From an uncultured Gammaproteobacteria bacterium (GTDB lineage Bacteria > Patescibacteriota > Microgenomatia > UBA10105 > UBA927), in the NCBI GenBank assembly GCA_964367065.1, contig CAYIWI010000002.1, positions 1 to 49,658 on the forward strand: DNA of 49,658 bases, read 5' to 3'. Below, piece after piece: positions 28,284 through 35,880 of this stretch; positions within the stretch are counted from its first letter, which is position 1, and each line of letters starts with the position of its first letter. The notes below the pieces were generated by a model. The model was not told the origin of the DNA. It searched no databases and saw only the letters and a list, made by a program, of their open reading frames with translations. The translations under genes and the position numbers were made by a program.

Positions 28284-29546
28284 TTATTCACCTCCTTTGT
28301 AATACTTCTTCCCTTTTATTCTATCAGGTAACAGACTCTCTGCGCTATACGGTTGGTAGCCGCGGCCGTAACCTAATCCTTTCATAAGCTTCGTCGGTGC
28401 ATTGCGAATCGGTAAGGGGATAGGAAGGTTTCCCAACTGTTTCACGTCTTCAAGCGCGCGAAAATACGCATCATAGGCGCTCCGGTCTTTTTTAGCCAGG
28501 GAAAGGTAAACAACACCGTGGGCAAGATTTTCCTGACACTCGGGATAGCCGATCTTGTTACACGCATCAAATACCGCATCGGCAACCACGAGTGCCGTGG
28601 GCTGTGCCATGCCGATGTCTTCGGAGGCAAAGACTACCATGCGCCGTGCAATAAACAGCGGATCTTCGCCTGCCGCAACCATGCGCGCCAAATAATAGAG
28701 TGCCGCATCCACGTCACTGGCCCGCATGGATTTGATGAAGGCGGAAATGGTGTTGTAGTGCTCATCGCCGACCCGGTCGTACTGAAGCATTTTACGCTGT
28801 GCCGCTTCCTCGATATGTGCAGTCGTAAACTTGACAGGGTCTGACCCTGTCAAACGCGCGGCAATTTCAAGGATGGTCAGAAGTGCCCGGGCGTCACCAT
28901 TGGAAACTTCCAGTAAAAACCCGCGCGCATCGTCTGAAATAGATCGTTTGAGGTATGCTAGTCCTCGATCAATAAGTGTACTCAATTCCTTTTCGGTAAG
29001 CGGATTGAGTACAAAAACTCTGCATCGTGAGAGGAGAGGAGAAATGACTTCAAAAGAGGGGTTTTCGGTCGTTGCGCCGATAAAAATAATCGTTCCTTTT
29101 TCCACATGGGGCAATAAGGCATCTTGCTGTGCTTTATTAAACCGGTGGATCTCATCAAGAAAAAATATCGTCCGTTGCGGTATTATTGTTCGAGCTTGTC
29201 GAGAACTTCCTTGATGAACTTCTCGACTCGTCAAAGACTCCTCGCTCGAAGAAGAGAGAGTATTGAGCCTATCTTTTGCCTCTTTGACAACTCTCCGTAC
29301 ATCGGCGAGCGTAGCGCTGACGGCAGAATGCGACTCAAAGTGAGCATTCGTAAGCGTTGCCAAAAGGTGGGCAAGGGTCGTTTTGCCGCACCCGGGAGGT
29401 CCCCAAAATATCATGGAAGGCAAAAAACCGGAAGTGAGGAATTTTCTGATAATGCCGGATTCACCAACAAGATGGGCTTGCCCGATGAGCTCATCAAGCG
29501 TTTGAGGCCTGAGGATTTCTGCAAGCGGCCGGCTCTCGGTCATCAT
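28284..29546 (-). CDS. rarA: replication-associated recombination protein A (AAA+ ATPase RarA/MgsA) carrying an in-frame palindromic insertion
   Basis: Walker A GPPGCGKTT, Walker B FFLDEIHRFNK.QQD and the C-terminal MgsA domain (HYNTISAFIKSMRASD..AALYYLARM) are present. Confidence 0.92.
   Translation of the reverse strand: MMTESRPLAEILRPQTLDELIGQAHLVGESGIIRKFLTSGFLPSMIFWGPPGCGKTTLAHLLATLTNAHFESHSAVSATLADVRRVVKEAKDRLNTLSSSSEESLTSREVHQGSSRQARTIIPQRTIFFLDEIHRFNKAQQDALLPHVEKGTIIFIGATTENPSFEVISPLLSRCRVFVLNPLTEKELSTLIDRGLAYLKRSISDDARGFLLEVSNGDARALLTILEIAARLTGSDPVKFTTAHIEEAAQRKMLQYDRVGDEHYNTISAFIKSMRASDVDAALYYLARMVAAGEDPLFIARRMVVFASEDIGMAQPTALVVADAVFDACNKIGYPECQENLAHGVVYLSLAKKDRSAYDAYFRALEDVKQLGNLPIPLPIRNAPTKLMKGLGYGRGYQPYSAESLLPDRIKGKKYYKGGE
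29183..29253 (-). repeat. 71-nt palindromic repeat element, copy 2, in frame within rarA (encodes SSSEESLTSREVHQGSSRQARTII)
   Basis: Its reverse complement aligns with 14900..14971. The differences cluster in the inner loop, and there is a 1-nt indel near the 3' end. It lies in the same orientation relative to the host reading frame as copy 1. Confidence 0.85.
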
Positions 29547-29550
29547 AGGT

Positions 29551-29556
29551 ATTGTA
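29551..29556 (-). promoter_or_regulatory. -10 box TACAAT located 4 nt (7 nt) upstream of the first (second) ATG of rarA
   Basis: The minus strand reads gaggtgTACAATacctATGATG. Confidence 0.4.
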
Positions 29557-29603
29557 CACCTCTCAAACTTCGTACACCACCAAAGCGAGATGGCTGCATA
29601 GTG

Positions 29604-29609
29604 TATAAT
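29604..29609 (+). promoter_or_regulatory. -10 box TATAAT located 8 nt upstream of the tdk ATG
   Basis: Read directly from the sequence: agtgTATAATaccattatATG. There is no Shine-Dalgarno sequence. Confidence 0.45.
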
Positions 29610-29617
29610 ACCATTAT

Positions 29618-30193
29618 ATGAAACCTCAAAAAACGGGCTACCTGGAAGTCATTGCAGGACCCATGTATTGCGGCAAAACCGAAGAGCTTATCCGTCAGGT
29701 CAAGCGTGCGTCCATTGGTAAAAAACAGGTGCAGGTATTCAAGCACGTCATTGATACGCGCTACGGCAAAGCGAAAAAAATCTTCTCCCACGCGGGATTA
29801 AGCTTTGAGTCGGAACTTATTTCCAAAGCATCTCACGTACTCAACCGTCTGCATCCGAAAACGGATATCGTGGCCATTGATGAAGCGCAGTGGTTTGGCG
29901 AAGACCTCGTGGCTGTTGTGGAAACACTGCTTGCTCGCGGCAAGCGCGTGCTGGTGTCGGGTCTGGCAATGACCTTTGACCGGCAACCGTTTGCACCGAT
30001 CCCGACCCTTATGGCAATGGCAGATAAAGTGACCAAGCTTTCCGCCGTCTGCGTCGTGTGCGGCGAGGAAGCGGTGTTTCACAAGCGCATCGGAAAAAAG
30101 AAAACCGTCAATCCGCTCAAGGCAGACCCCTCCCTCGTCGGCCGCTCCGATGCGTACGAAGCCAGGTGCCGGAAGTGCTTCCATAAGCCATAA
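29618..30193 (+). CDS. tdk: thymidine kinase
   Basis: The P-loop GPMYCGKTEEL, the DEAQF-like IDEAQWF and the C-terminal Zn-binding cysteines (C.VCG...C..C) are present. Confidence 0.94.
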   Translation: MKPQKTGYLEVIAGPMYCGKTEELIRQVKRASIGKKQVQVFKHVIDTRYGKAKKIFSHAGLSFESELISKASHVLNRLHPKTDIVAIDEAQWFGEDLVAVVETLLARGKRVLVSGLAMTFDRQPFAPIPTLMAMADKVTKLSAVCVVCGEEAVFHKRIGKKKTVNPLKADPSLVGRSDAYEARCRKCFHKP

Positions 30194-30245
30194 TCATTTC
30201 ATTTTTTCTTTGTTTTTTGTTACAATACATTTGTCCTTATTGATA

Positions 30246-30318
30246 GGCGCCATCGTCTAGCGGCCCAGGACAATGGGTTTTCAGCCCATTTACACCGGTT
30301 CGAATCCGGTTGGCGCTA
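30246..30318 (+). tRNA. tRNA-Glu (anticodon UUC); the 3' CCA is not encoded
   Basis: I folded the cloverleaf by hand: acceptor GGCGCCA/TGGCGCT (with a G1-U72 wobble), the D-arm TCGTCTAGCGGCCCAGGAC typical of tRNA-Glu, anticodon stem ATGGG/CCCAT with loop TTTTCAG, and T-arm CCGGTTCGAATCCGG. Confidence 0.9.
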
Positions 30319-30321
30319 CTC

Positions 30322-31458
30322 ATGCTGAGCATCTTCTCCGTATTCGCTCTCTGGCGGATTGTAGATCTTCTCATAGCCATCATGGCCCCGTCACTCCTTG
30401 TCCACAACGTGCCGTTTCGCTTTGCCTACATTATGGAACGCGGCCTTTTGCCGGATTTCCTTACGGGTTTTGCCAATTTTGACGGTGTACACTTCCTCCA
30501 CATCGCCACGAGCGGCTATGCCACCTATGAGCAGGCATTTTTCCCGCTCTACCCGCTTCTCGTACGGATGGTCACTGCGTTCACCCACAGTCCGTTTCTG
30601 GCCGGCTTTTTACTCTCAAATGCGGTATTTTTGGCAAGTCTGGCAATACTTCTAACCTATGTTAAAAAAATAACCTCCAGCGGTGCGGCCCGGTGGACGC
30701 TCCTGTTTCTTCTTGTCTTCCCCACGTCATTTTTTTTCGGCAGTGTGTATGCCACGAGTCTTTTTTTCTTTCTGGTACTCTGCACATTTCTTTTCATTGA
30801 TCGCAAGAAGTATGGGTTGGCAGGCGCCTGTGCCTTTTTGGCCTCGCTGACGTGGATCGGCGGCATATTCCTTGTTATCCCGCTAGGCCTTGCGCTTTGG
30901 CAGGACAAAAAACGGTTCTTGGCATCCTTGCGAAGCCTTGCAATTCTCGCGGCTCCGTTTTTGGGTGTGGGCCTGTATATGGCGTATCTGGCGCGTACCA
31001 CCGGCGACCCGCTATTTTTCTACCACGCGCAGCCCGCGTTTGGGGCGAACCGATCGACAGGCATTATCCTCCTGCCTCAGATTCTCTATCGATATATCCG
31101 GATATTCACCACAGCTCCACGGGACATTGTCTACGCGGTGGCGCTGTTTGAACTCATTACATTTACCCTGGTGCTTTCCGTCCTTGTGTATGATCTATAC
31201 AAGGTTTGGCACGCCAAGGCAGGACTAGCGCGAACCCAACGATTGGGGCTGTCGCTCTTTTCATTTGCAACACTCGTCTTGCCGACACTCACCGGTACGT
31301 TTTCCTCGCTTCCGCGCTATGCATTGTTCTCCGTCGCATATTTTGTCCGGCTGGCCGAGATGCGCTCCTTCCTTCTTAAGACCATCGTTTTACTTCTTTT
31401 TATCCTGGCCCACATCGCAGCCTTGGTACTCTTTATCCAAGGATATTTCGTGGGGTAA
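30322..31458 (+). CDS. polytopic membrane glycosyltransferase-like protein (GT-C fold, PIG-V/mannosyltransferase-like)
   Basis: It has about 10 TM helices and the N-terminal motif FANFDGVHFLHIATSGY...AFFPLYPLLVR typical of bacterial PIG-V-like proteins. The start at ATG 30322 is 4 nt after the tRNA-Glu discriminator base. Confidence 0.6.
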   Translation: MLSIFSVFALWRIVDLLIAIMAPSLLVHNVPFRFAYIMERGLLPDFLTGFANFDGVHFLHIATSGYATYEQAFFPLYPLLVRMVTAFTHSPFLAGFLLSNAVFLASLAILLTYVKKITSSGAARWTLLFLLVFPTSFFFGSVYATSLFFFLVLCTFLFIDRKKYGLAGACAFLASLTWIGGIFLVIPLGLALWQDKKRFLASLRSLAILAAPFLGVGLYMAYLARTTGDPLFFYHAQPAFGANRSTGIILLPQILYRYIRIFTTAPRDIVYAVALFELITFTLVLSVLVYDLYKVWHAKAGLARTQRLGLSLFSFATLVLPTLTGTFSSLPRYALFSVAYFVRLAEMRSFLLKTIVLLLFILAHIAALVLFIQGYFVG

Positions 31459-31463
31459 GCCGT

Positions 31464-32210
31464 ATGATTGTTACTGCATATAAAACAGACAAAATAACCA
31501 CGCGAGCGAGCCTTTTTCCGATCCTGGATCAATACCTGCCAAAACTGGCGGGCGGCGATATCGTGATCATCACTTCCAAAATCGTCAGCATCTGCCAAGG
31601 CAGAGTGGTAGCGAGAGACGGCACGACAGATAAATATGCGCTTATCCGCCGCGAGGCAGACGCAACAATAGAAGATGCAAAGCTTAAACGCTGGGGCGTT
31701 ATTCTAACGATCAAAAATAACATCATCATCCCCAACGCGGGCGTTGATGAAAGTAACGGCAACGGTTCCTTTATCCTCTGGCCCAAGGATATCCATGCAA
31801 CCGCGGCTACCGTCTGGCGCTATCTTCGCAAGAAACATAACCTCAAACATCTTGGTGTCATCATCACTGACAGTCACACTACAGCGCTTCGTTGGGGTAC
31901 GACGGGCATGGGGCTGGCTTGGGCAGGGTTTGAGGCACTCAACAATTATATTGGCCATCCGGACATTTTTGGAAGGAAACTCCGCGTGACCAAAGCGAGC
32001 ATCCTTGATGGTTTATCTGCAGCTGCAGTGGTTACCATGGGCGAAGGAAATGAGCAAACGCCGCTTGCGGTTATACGCGACTGCACGTTTGTCACGTTTC
32101 AGGATCGACCGCCAACAAAAGGTGAATTTGCCGCTCTTCGGATTAGCCTGGGCGAGGATATTTTCTCACCGCTTCTTACTGCAGTGCGGTGGAAACAAAA
32201 GAAGAAATAA
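31464..32210 (+). CDS. F420-0:gamma-glutamyl ligase (CofE)-like protein / putative gamma-glutamate ligase
   Basis: The F420_ligase-type pattern is present (GDIVIITSKIVS..QGR; NAGVDESN; ITDSH). Confidence 0.7.
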   Translation: MIVTAYKTDKITTRASLFPILDQYLPKLAGGDIVIITSKIVSICQGRVVARDGTTDKYALIRREADATIEDAKLKRWGVILTIKNNIIIPNAGVDESNGNGSFILWPKDIHATAATVWRYLRKKHNLKHLGVIITDSHTTALRWGTTGMGLAWAGFEALNNYIGHPDIFGRKLRVTKASILDGLSAAAVVTMGEGNEQTPLAVIRDCTFVTFQDRPPTKGEFAALRISLGEDIFSPLLTAVRWKQKKK

Positions 32211-32213
32211 TCA

Positions 32214-32219
32214 TATAAT
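32214..32219 (+). promoter_or_regulatory. -10 box TATAAT located 6 nt upstream of the P-type ATPase ATG
   Basis: Read directly from the sequence: atcaTATAATagaaggATG. Confidence 0.45.
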
Positions 32220-32225
32220 AGAAGG

Positions 32226-34784
32226 ATGGAAAAACGTGCAGGACTTTCTTCGGCAGAGGCAAATCGCAGACTCGCCCGATTCGGCCCCAATACCATAGTC
32301 CACGCGCAGGCAAGCACCCCCCTGCAACAGTTGCTTTCGCAATTTGTCAGCCCCTTAGTCATTCTTCTAGTTATTGCAACAGTCCTTTCCCTTGTTTTGG
32401 GTGAGACGCTTGATGGCGTCCTCATCCTTACCATCGTCGTTTTAAACGCGCTTTTAGGCTTCGTGCAGGAATATAAAGCCGAAAAAGCCCTCGCAGCGCT
32501 CAAAAGGATGACTGTTTCCACCATACGGGTTATCCGTGACGCTGTACAAGGGGAAATAGACAGCTCACTTCTGGTTCCCGGAGACGTCATCATCCTGGAA
32601 GAAGGCGACAAAGTGCCTGCCGATGCGAAATTATTGGAAAGCATGCACATGGAAATGAATGAGGCGTCGCTGACCGGGGAATCCATGCCGGTTGAGAAAA
32701 ACAGCAGTGAACCGGGGAAAAATACGGTCTACTTGGGCACGATTGTGACGCACGGCCGCAGCGTTGCGGAGGTTCTCTCTACCGGCGCGGCCACAAAATT
32801 CGGCACCATCGCCGTCAAACTCTCCCAAATGAAAGAAGGAAAAACACCGTTGGAGAAAAAACTCGCTGCTGTTGCCAAGCAGCTGGGCGTGCTCGCCGGC
32901 GGCGCTGCCCTTGCCGTTTTCGGCATCGGATACCTGCGGCAACACCCTGTCATTGAGGGTGTGTTGACCGCCATAAGCCTGGCCGTTGCCGCCGTGCCGG
33001 AAGGCTTGCCGGCGGTGATCACCATCACCCTCGCAATCGGCACACAGCGCATGGCAAGGAAACGCGCAATACTTCGGAAACTTGCGGCCATAGAAGCATT
33101 AGGAAGCATTACCGTGATCGCAACCGATAAAACCGGTACCATCACGAAAAACGAGATGCGGGTAGCGGATGTATGGCTTGGCGGGCGTATCTACCGCGCC
33201 GATGATGCCGCTATTCGGCGGGCAAACGTGTTCCCGAAGCTCACTAAAATCGCTTCTTTGTGCAACAATGCGAGCCTGGCACCCCGGGAAAACCATGATG
33301 ACTATGACGTCGTCGGCGACCAGACCGAGGGATCGCTCCTTCTGTTTGCCGCTGACCATGCCGTGAATATTCCCCTATTGCGGGAGCAGGGCACACTGGT
33401 TGAAGAATTCCCGTTTGACCCCACGACCAAAACCATGAGCGTGGTGTGGAAAGAAGACGCTGTCACAACCGTCCTGACGAAAGGCGCACCGGAGTCCGTG
33501 CTTGCGGCAAGCAGCCGTGTTGCCGGTCCCAAAGGAGAGGTGCCACTCACCCGCGAGAAAAAAGAGCAAATTTTTGAAGCCTTTGAAGCGTTTGCCAAGC
33601 AAGGGTTGCGAGTGATCGCATTTGGCATGAAGAAAATTTCGTGGAACGGCCAAATCCGCCAGGAAGCCGAATCCAACCTGACGTTTATCGGCTTTGTCGG
33701 CATTGCGGACCCCGCACGGGAAGAAGTCAAAGATGCCATCCGTATCGCTGAAGAGGCAGGGATCGCCACCGTCATGATCACCGGAGATAATGAGCTGACC
33801 GCTCTGGCTATTGCCAAACACATCGGGCTTATGAAACGGGGCGAAGAGGTGATGACCGGCAAGCAGTTTGCTTCCCTTTCCGATCCCCAAAAACGTCGGG
33901 TCTTGCCGGGAGTCCGTGTATTTGCGCGTACAACCCCGGAGCAAAAACTGGAAATCGTCCGCCTCTTGCAGGAGGCCGGACATGTGGTGGCCGTCACCGG
34001 CGACGGCGTCAACGATGCCCTGGCGCTCAAACAAGCAGACGTGGGCGTGGCTATGGGGATCGCAGGCACGGATGTGGCCAAGGAAGCCGCAGATATGATT
34101 GTGACGGATGATAATTATGCAACGATTGTGGAAGCGGTATCTGAAGGACGGGTAATTTTTGACAACATGAAGGCGTCGGTCAAATATCTGATCGGCTGCA
34201 ATATCGGAGAAGTGTTAGCCATTTTAGGCGGAGCGCTCCTTGGCTGGCCGTTCGTCCTTACCCCGCTCCAGATTCTCTACGTTAATCTGGCTACCGATGG
34301 CCTACCCGCACTTGCTCTGGCGGTCACTCCCAAACATCACGCCATTATGAAACGAAAACCCAGAACCGGCACGTCGCTTTTTACGAAATTCGATCTCCTG
34401 TGGTTTGCTGAAGTGACCGTGCTTACCGCAGCTACGACGCTGATCGCCTTCTGGATCGGCATGCAGTCGGCAAATATTGAAGTGGCAAGGGCACTTGCCT
34501 TCACCGTGGTCATTCTGGCGCAGCAGTTTATCTTCTGGGATGTGGCCGCGGCTGACCGCCAGCTTCTCAACAGACATACACTGGGGAACTGGTGGCTGAT
34601 CCTGCCGTTTCCGATCATGGCAGTGCAGCTTGCCATACTCTACGTGCCCGCAGCCAATCGCATCTTTACTCTCAGCGCACCGGAGTTTCCTCTTCTTTTG
34701 TTGAGCTTTTTGATAACATCCGGCATGCTTCTGATAGCCGGTTTGCGCAAACGCTTCCTGCGGAAATTTTTTTACGAAAGCTAA
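32226..34784 (+). CDS. cation-translocating P-type ATPase (P2/Ca2+-type)
   Basis: The motifs TGES, PEGLP (TM4), the phosphorylation site DKTGTIT, and TGDGVNDA are all present. The protein is 852 aa. Confidence 0.94.
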   Translation: MEKRAGLSSAEANRRLARFGPNTIVHAQASTPLQQLLSQFVSPLVILLVIATVLSLVLGETLDGVLILTIVVLNALLGFVQEYKAEKALAALKRMTVSTIRVIRDAVQGEIDSSLLVPGDVIILEEGDKVPADAKLLESMHMEMNEASLTGESMPVEKNSSEPGKNTVYLGTIVTHGRSVAEVLSTGAATKFGTIAVKLSQMKEGKTPLEKKLAAVAKQLGVLAGGAALAVFGIGYLRQHPVIEGVLTAISLAVAAVPEGLPAVITITLAIGTQRMARKRAILRKLAAIEALGSITVIATDKTGTITKNEMRVADVWLGGRIYRADDAAIRRANVFPKLTKIASLCNNASLAPRENHDDYDVVGDQTEGSLLLFAADHAVNIPLLREQGTLVEEFPFDPTTKTMSVVWKEDAVTTVLTKGAPESVLAASSRVAGPKGEVPLTREKKEQIFEAFEAFAKQGLRVIAFGMKKISWNGQIRQEAESNLTFIGFVGIADPAREEVKDAIRIAEEAGIATVMITGDNELTALAIAKHIGLMKRGEEVMTGKQFASLSDPQKRRVLPGVRVFARTTPEQKLEIVRLLQEAGHVVAVTGDGVNDALALKQADVGVAMGIAGTDVAKEAADMIVTDDNYATIVEAVSEGRVIFDNMKASVKYLIGCNIGEVLAILGGALLGWPFVLTPLQILYVNLATDGLPALALAVTPKHHAIMKRKPRTGTSLFTKFDLLWFAEVTVLTAATTLIAFWIGMQSANIEVARALAFTVVILAQQFIFWDVAAADRQLLNRHTLGNWWLILPFPIMAVQLAILYVPAANRIFTLSAPEFPLLLLSFLITSGMLLIAGLRKRFLRKFFYES

Positions 34785-34787
34785 ACA

Positions 34788-34817
34788 TTTACGTCTGGGT
34801 TGCTAAATTGATATAAT
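34788..34817 (+). promoter_or_regulatory. candidate promoter of tRNA-Lys (TTTACG-18 nt-TATAAT), with the -10 ending 8 nt before the mature 5' end
   Basis: Read directly from the sequence: TTTACGtctgggttgctaaattgaTATAATaacaccgcGGGCC. Confidence 0.45.
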
Positions 34818-34825
34818 AACACCGC

Positions 34826-34901
34826 GGGCCGATAGCTCAACTGGTAGAGCAATTCCCTTTTAAGGAATTGGTTCTGGGTTCGAGTCCCAGTCGGCTCACC
34901 A
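34826..34901 (+). tRNA. tRNA-Lys (anticodon UUU) with the 3' CCA encoded
   Basis: I folded the cloverleaf by hand: acceptor GGGCCGA/TCGGCTC, the D-arm TAGCTCAACTGGTAGAGC, anticodon stem ATTCC/GGAAT with loop CTTTTAA, T-arm CTGGGTTCGAGTCCCAG, then ACCA. Confidence 0.92.
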
Positions 34902-35058
34902 AAGGTGGAATCGAGTCGCCTAGGGTGAATATTGAGCAAAATCCCGAGTTGTCAAGGCTATTCCACCTCCAATGAGCCATGTTATTTGACTAAACCAAGG
35001 AACTCGGAAAGATATTGAGGAAGTTGGTCTATCAATTTACGTTCTTCTACTATTTGGG

Positions 35059-35466
35059 CTAAAGCGTCACATTCTCGATGTGGTTGAAGTATTTGAGGGT
35101 TTTATCGAAGTCCAGCTCGATGCCGATCACGTCAATGCGCAGGGAGTCCGGTAATTCCGGATGAATGAGTTTGTAGTATTGGGCTGTTTGCACGACCTCC
35201 CGAAGTTTCCTGGGTGTAACCGACTCTTCCGGCTTACCGAACTTGTGACCGACGCGGGTTTTTACTTCTACAAAAACGAGTATGTTGTCTTTGAGAGCCA
35301 CGATATCCAGCTCTCCGTACCGTTTTTGAAAATTCCGTTCAACGATGACATATCCGTGACTTCGAAGATAGTCACATGCCAGATTTTCTCCGTGTTTCCC
35401 TAAGTCTTTTTTGCGGAGATCTTTTTTACGCGGCGGTGGCGGGTCGAACGTGAACCGTTGTTTCAT
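35059..35466 (-). CDS. yraN: YraN-family endonuclease (UPF0102)
   Basis: The pattern GENLACDYL...GY.I.ERNF....GELDIVA......VFVEVKTR is characteristic of YraN. The gene overlaps the rplS 3' end by 41 nt. Confidence 0.85.
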   Translation of the reverse strand: MKQRFTFDPPPPRKKDLRKKDLGKHGENLACDYLRSHGYVIVERNFQKRYGELDIVALKDNILVFVEVKTRVGHKFGKPEESVTPRKLREVVQTAQYYKLIHPELPDSLRIDVIGIELDFDKTLKYFNHIENVTL

Positions 35467-35845
35467 TGATGCGCGTAGCAGCCTTGCCCGTGCGGCCGCG
35501 CAGGTAGTAGAGCTTGGCGCGTCGAACGTCTCCGCGCTTCTTTACTTCGATTTTCTTAATCCACGGAGACACGATGGGAAATATGCGCTCGATTCCGATC
35601 GCTCCGGCACCGATTCTCCGTACTGTAAACATGGTGTTTTCGCCCGATCCGCGGATGGCAAGAACAATGCCTTCAAAAACCTGGGTGCGCTCATGAGTTT
35701 CCTCGTGAACTTCGCGCTTGGTTTTGCCGGATACTTTTTCTTTTTCTATAAGTTTATAGTGCACGCGCACGGTATCGCCAACATGAAACTCGACAGTTTT
35801 TTTTGTCTCACCCTCATCGCAAGTCCACACGCTCATATTTGCCAT
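35426..35845 (-). CDS. rplS: 50S ribosomal protein L19
   Basis: The pattern GDTVRVHYK...[13 protein letters not shown]...[33 protein letters not shown] is present. It carries an insert of ~11 aa and short terminal extensions relative to E. coli and B. subtilis L19. Confidence 0.94.
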   Translation of the reverse strand: MANMSVWTCDEGETKKTVEFHVGDTVRVHYKLIEKEKVSGKTKREVHEETHERTQVFEGIVLAIRGSGENTMFTVRRIGAGAIGIERIFPIVSPWIKKIEVKKRGDVRRAKLYYLRGRTGKAATRINETTVHVRPATAA

Positions 35846-35851
35846 GGGAAT

Positions 35852-35880
35852 ATTGTACCAGCTAGCCTCGGAAAGAACAA
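35852..35880 (-). promoter_or_regulatory. candidate promoter TTGTTC-17 nt-TACAAT located 6 nt upstream of the rplS ATG (inside the pyrG 3' end)
   Basis: The minus strand reads TTGTTCtttccgaggctagctggTACAATattcccATG. Confidence 0.5.

Noticed and set aside
28977-29013. A 10-bp inverted repeat in rarA (TGTACTCAAT...ATTGAGTACA, with a 17-nt loop).
   Set aside because: It involves no insertion relative to RarA homologs (it encodes the native ..FVLNPLTEKELSTL..). By a rough estimate, a 10-bp inverted repeat with a loop of up to ~30 nt is expected about once per 50 kb by chance.
34927-34955. A minus-strand TTGACA-17 nt-ATATTC promoter-like sequence pointing antisense into tRNA-Lys.
   Set aside because: The -10 hexamer lacks the conserved TAnnnT pattern, and there is nothing for it to transcribe except antisense tRNA and ATPase sequence. 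It is probably a fortuitous -35 match.
35395-35440. A tandem 15-nt duplication giving [10 protein letters not shown] at the YraN N-terminus, overlapping the rplS C-terminal extension.
   Set aside because: It is a small local duplication in a non-conserved N-terminal tail. It is not a repeat family and has no evident function.
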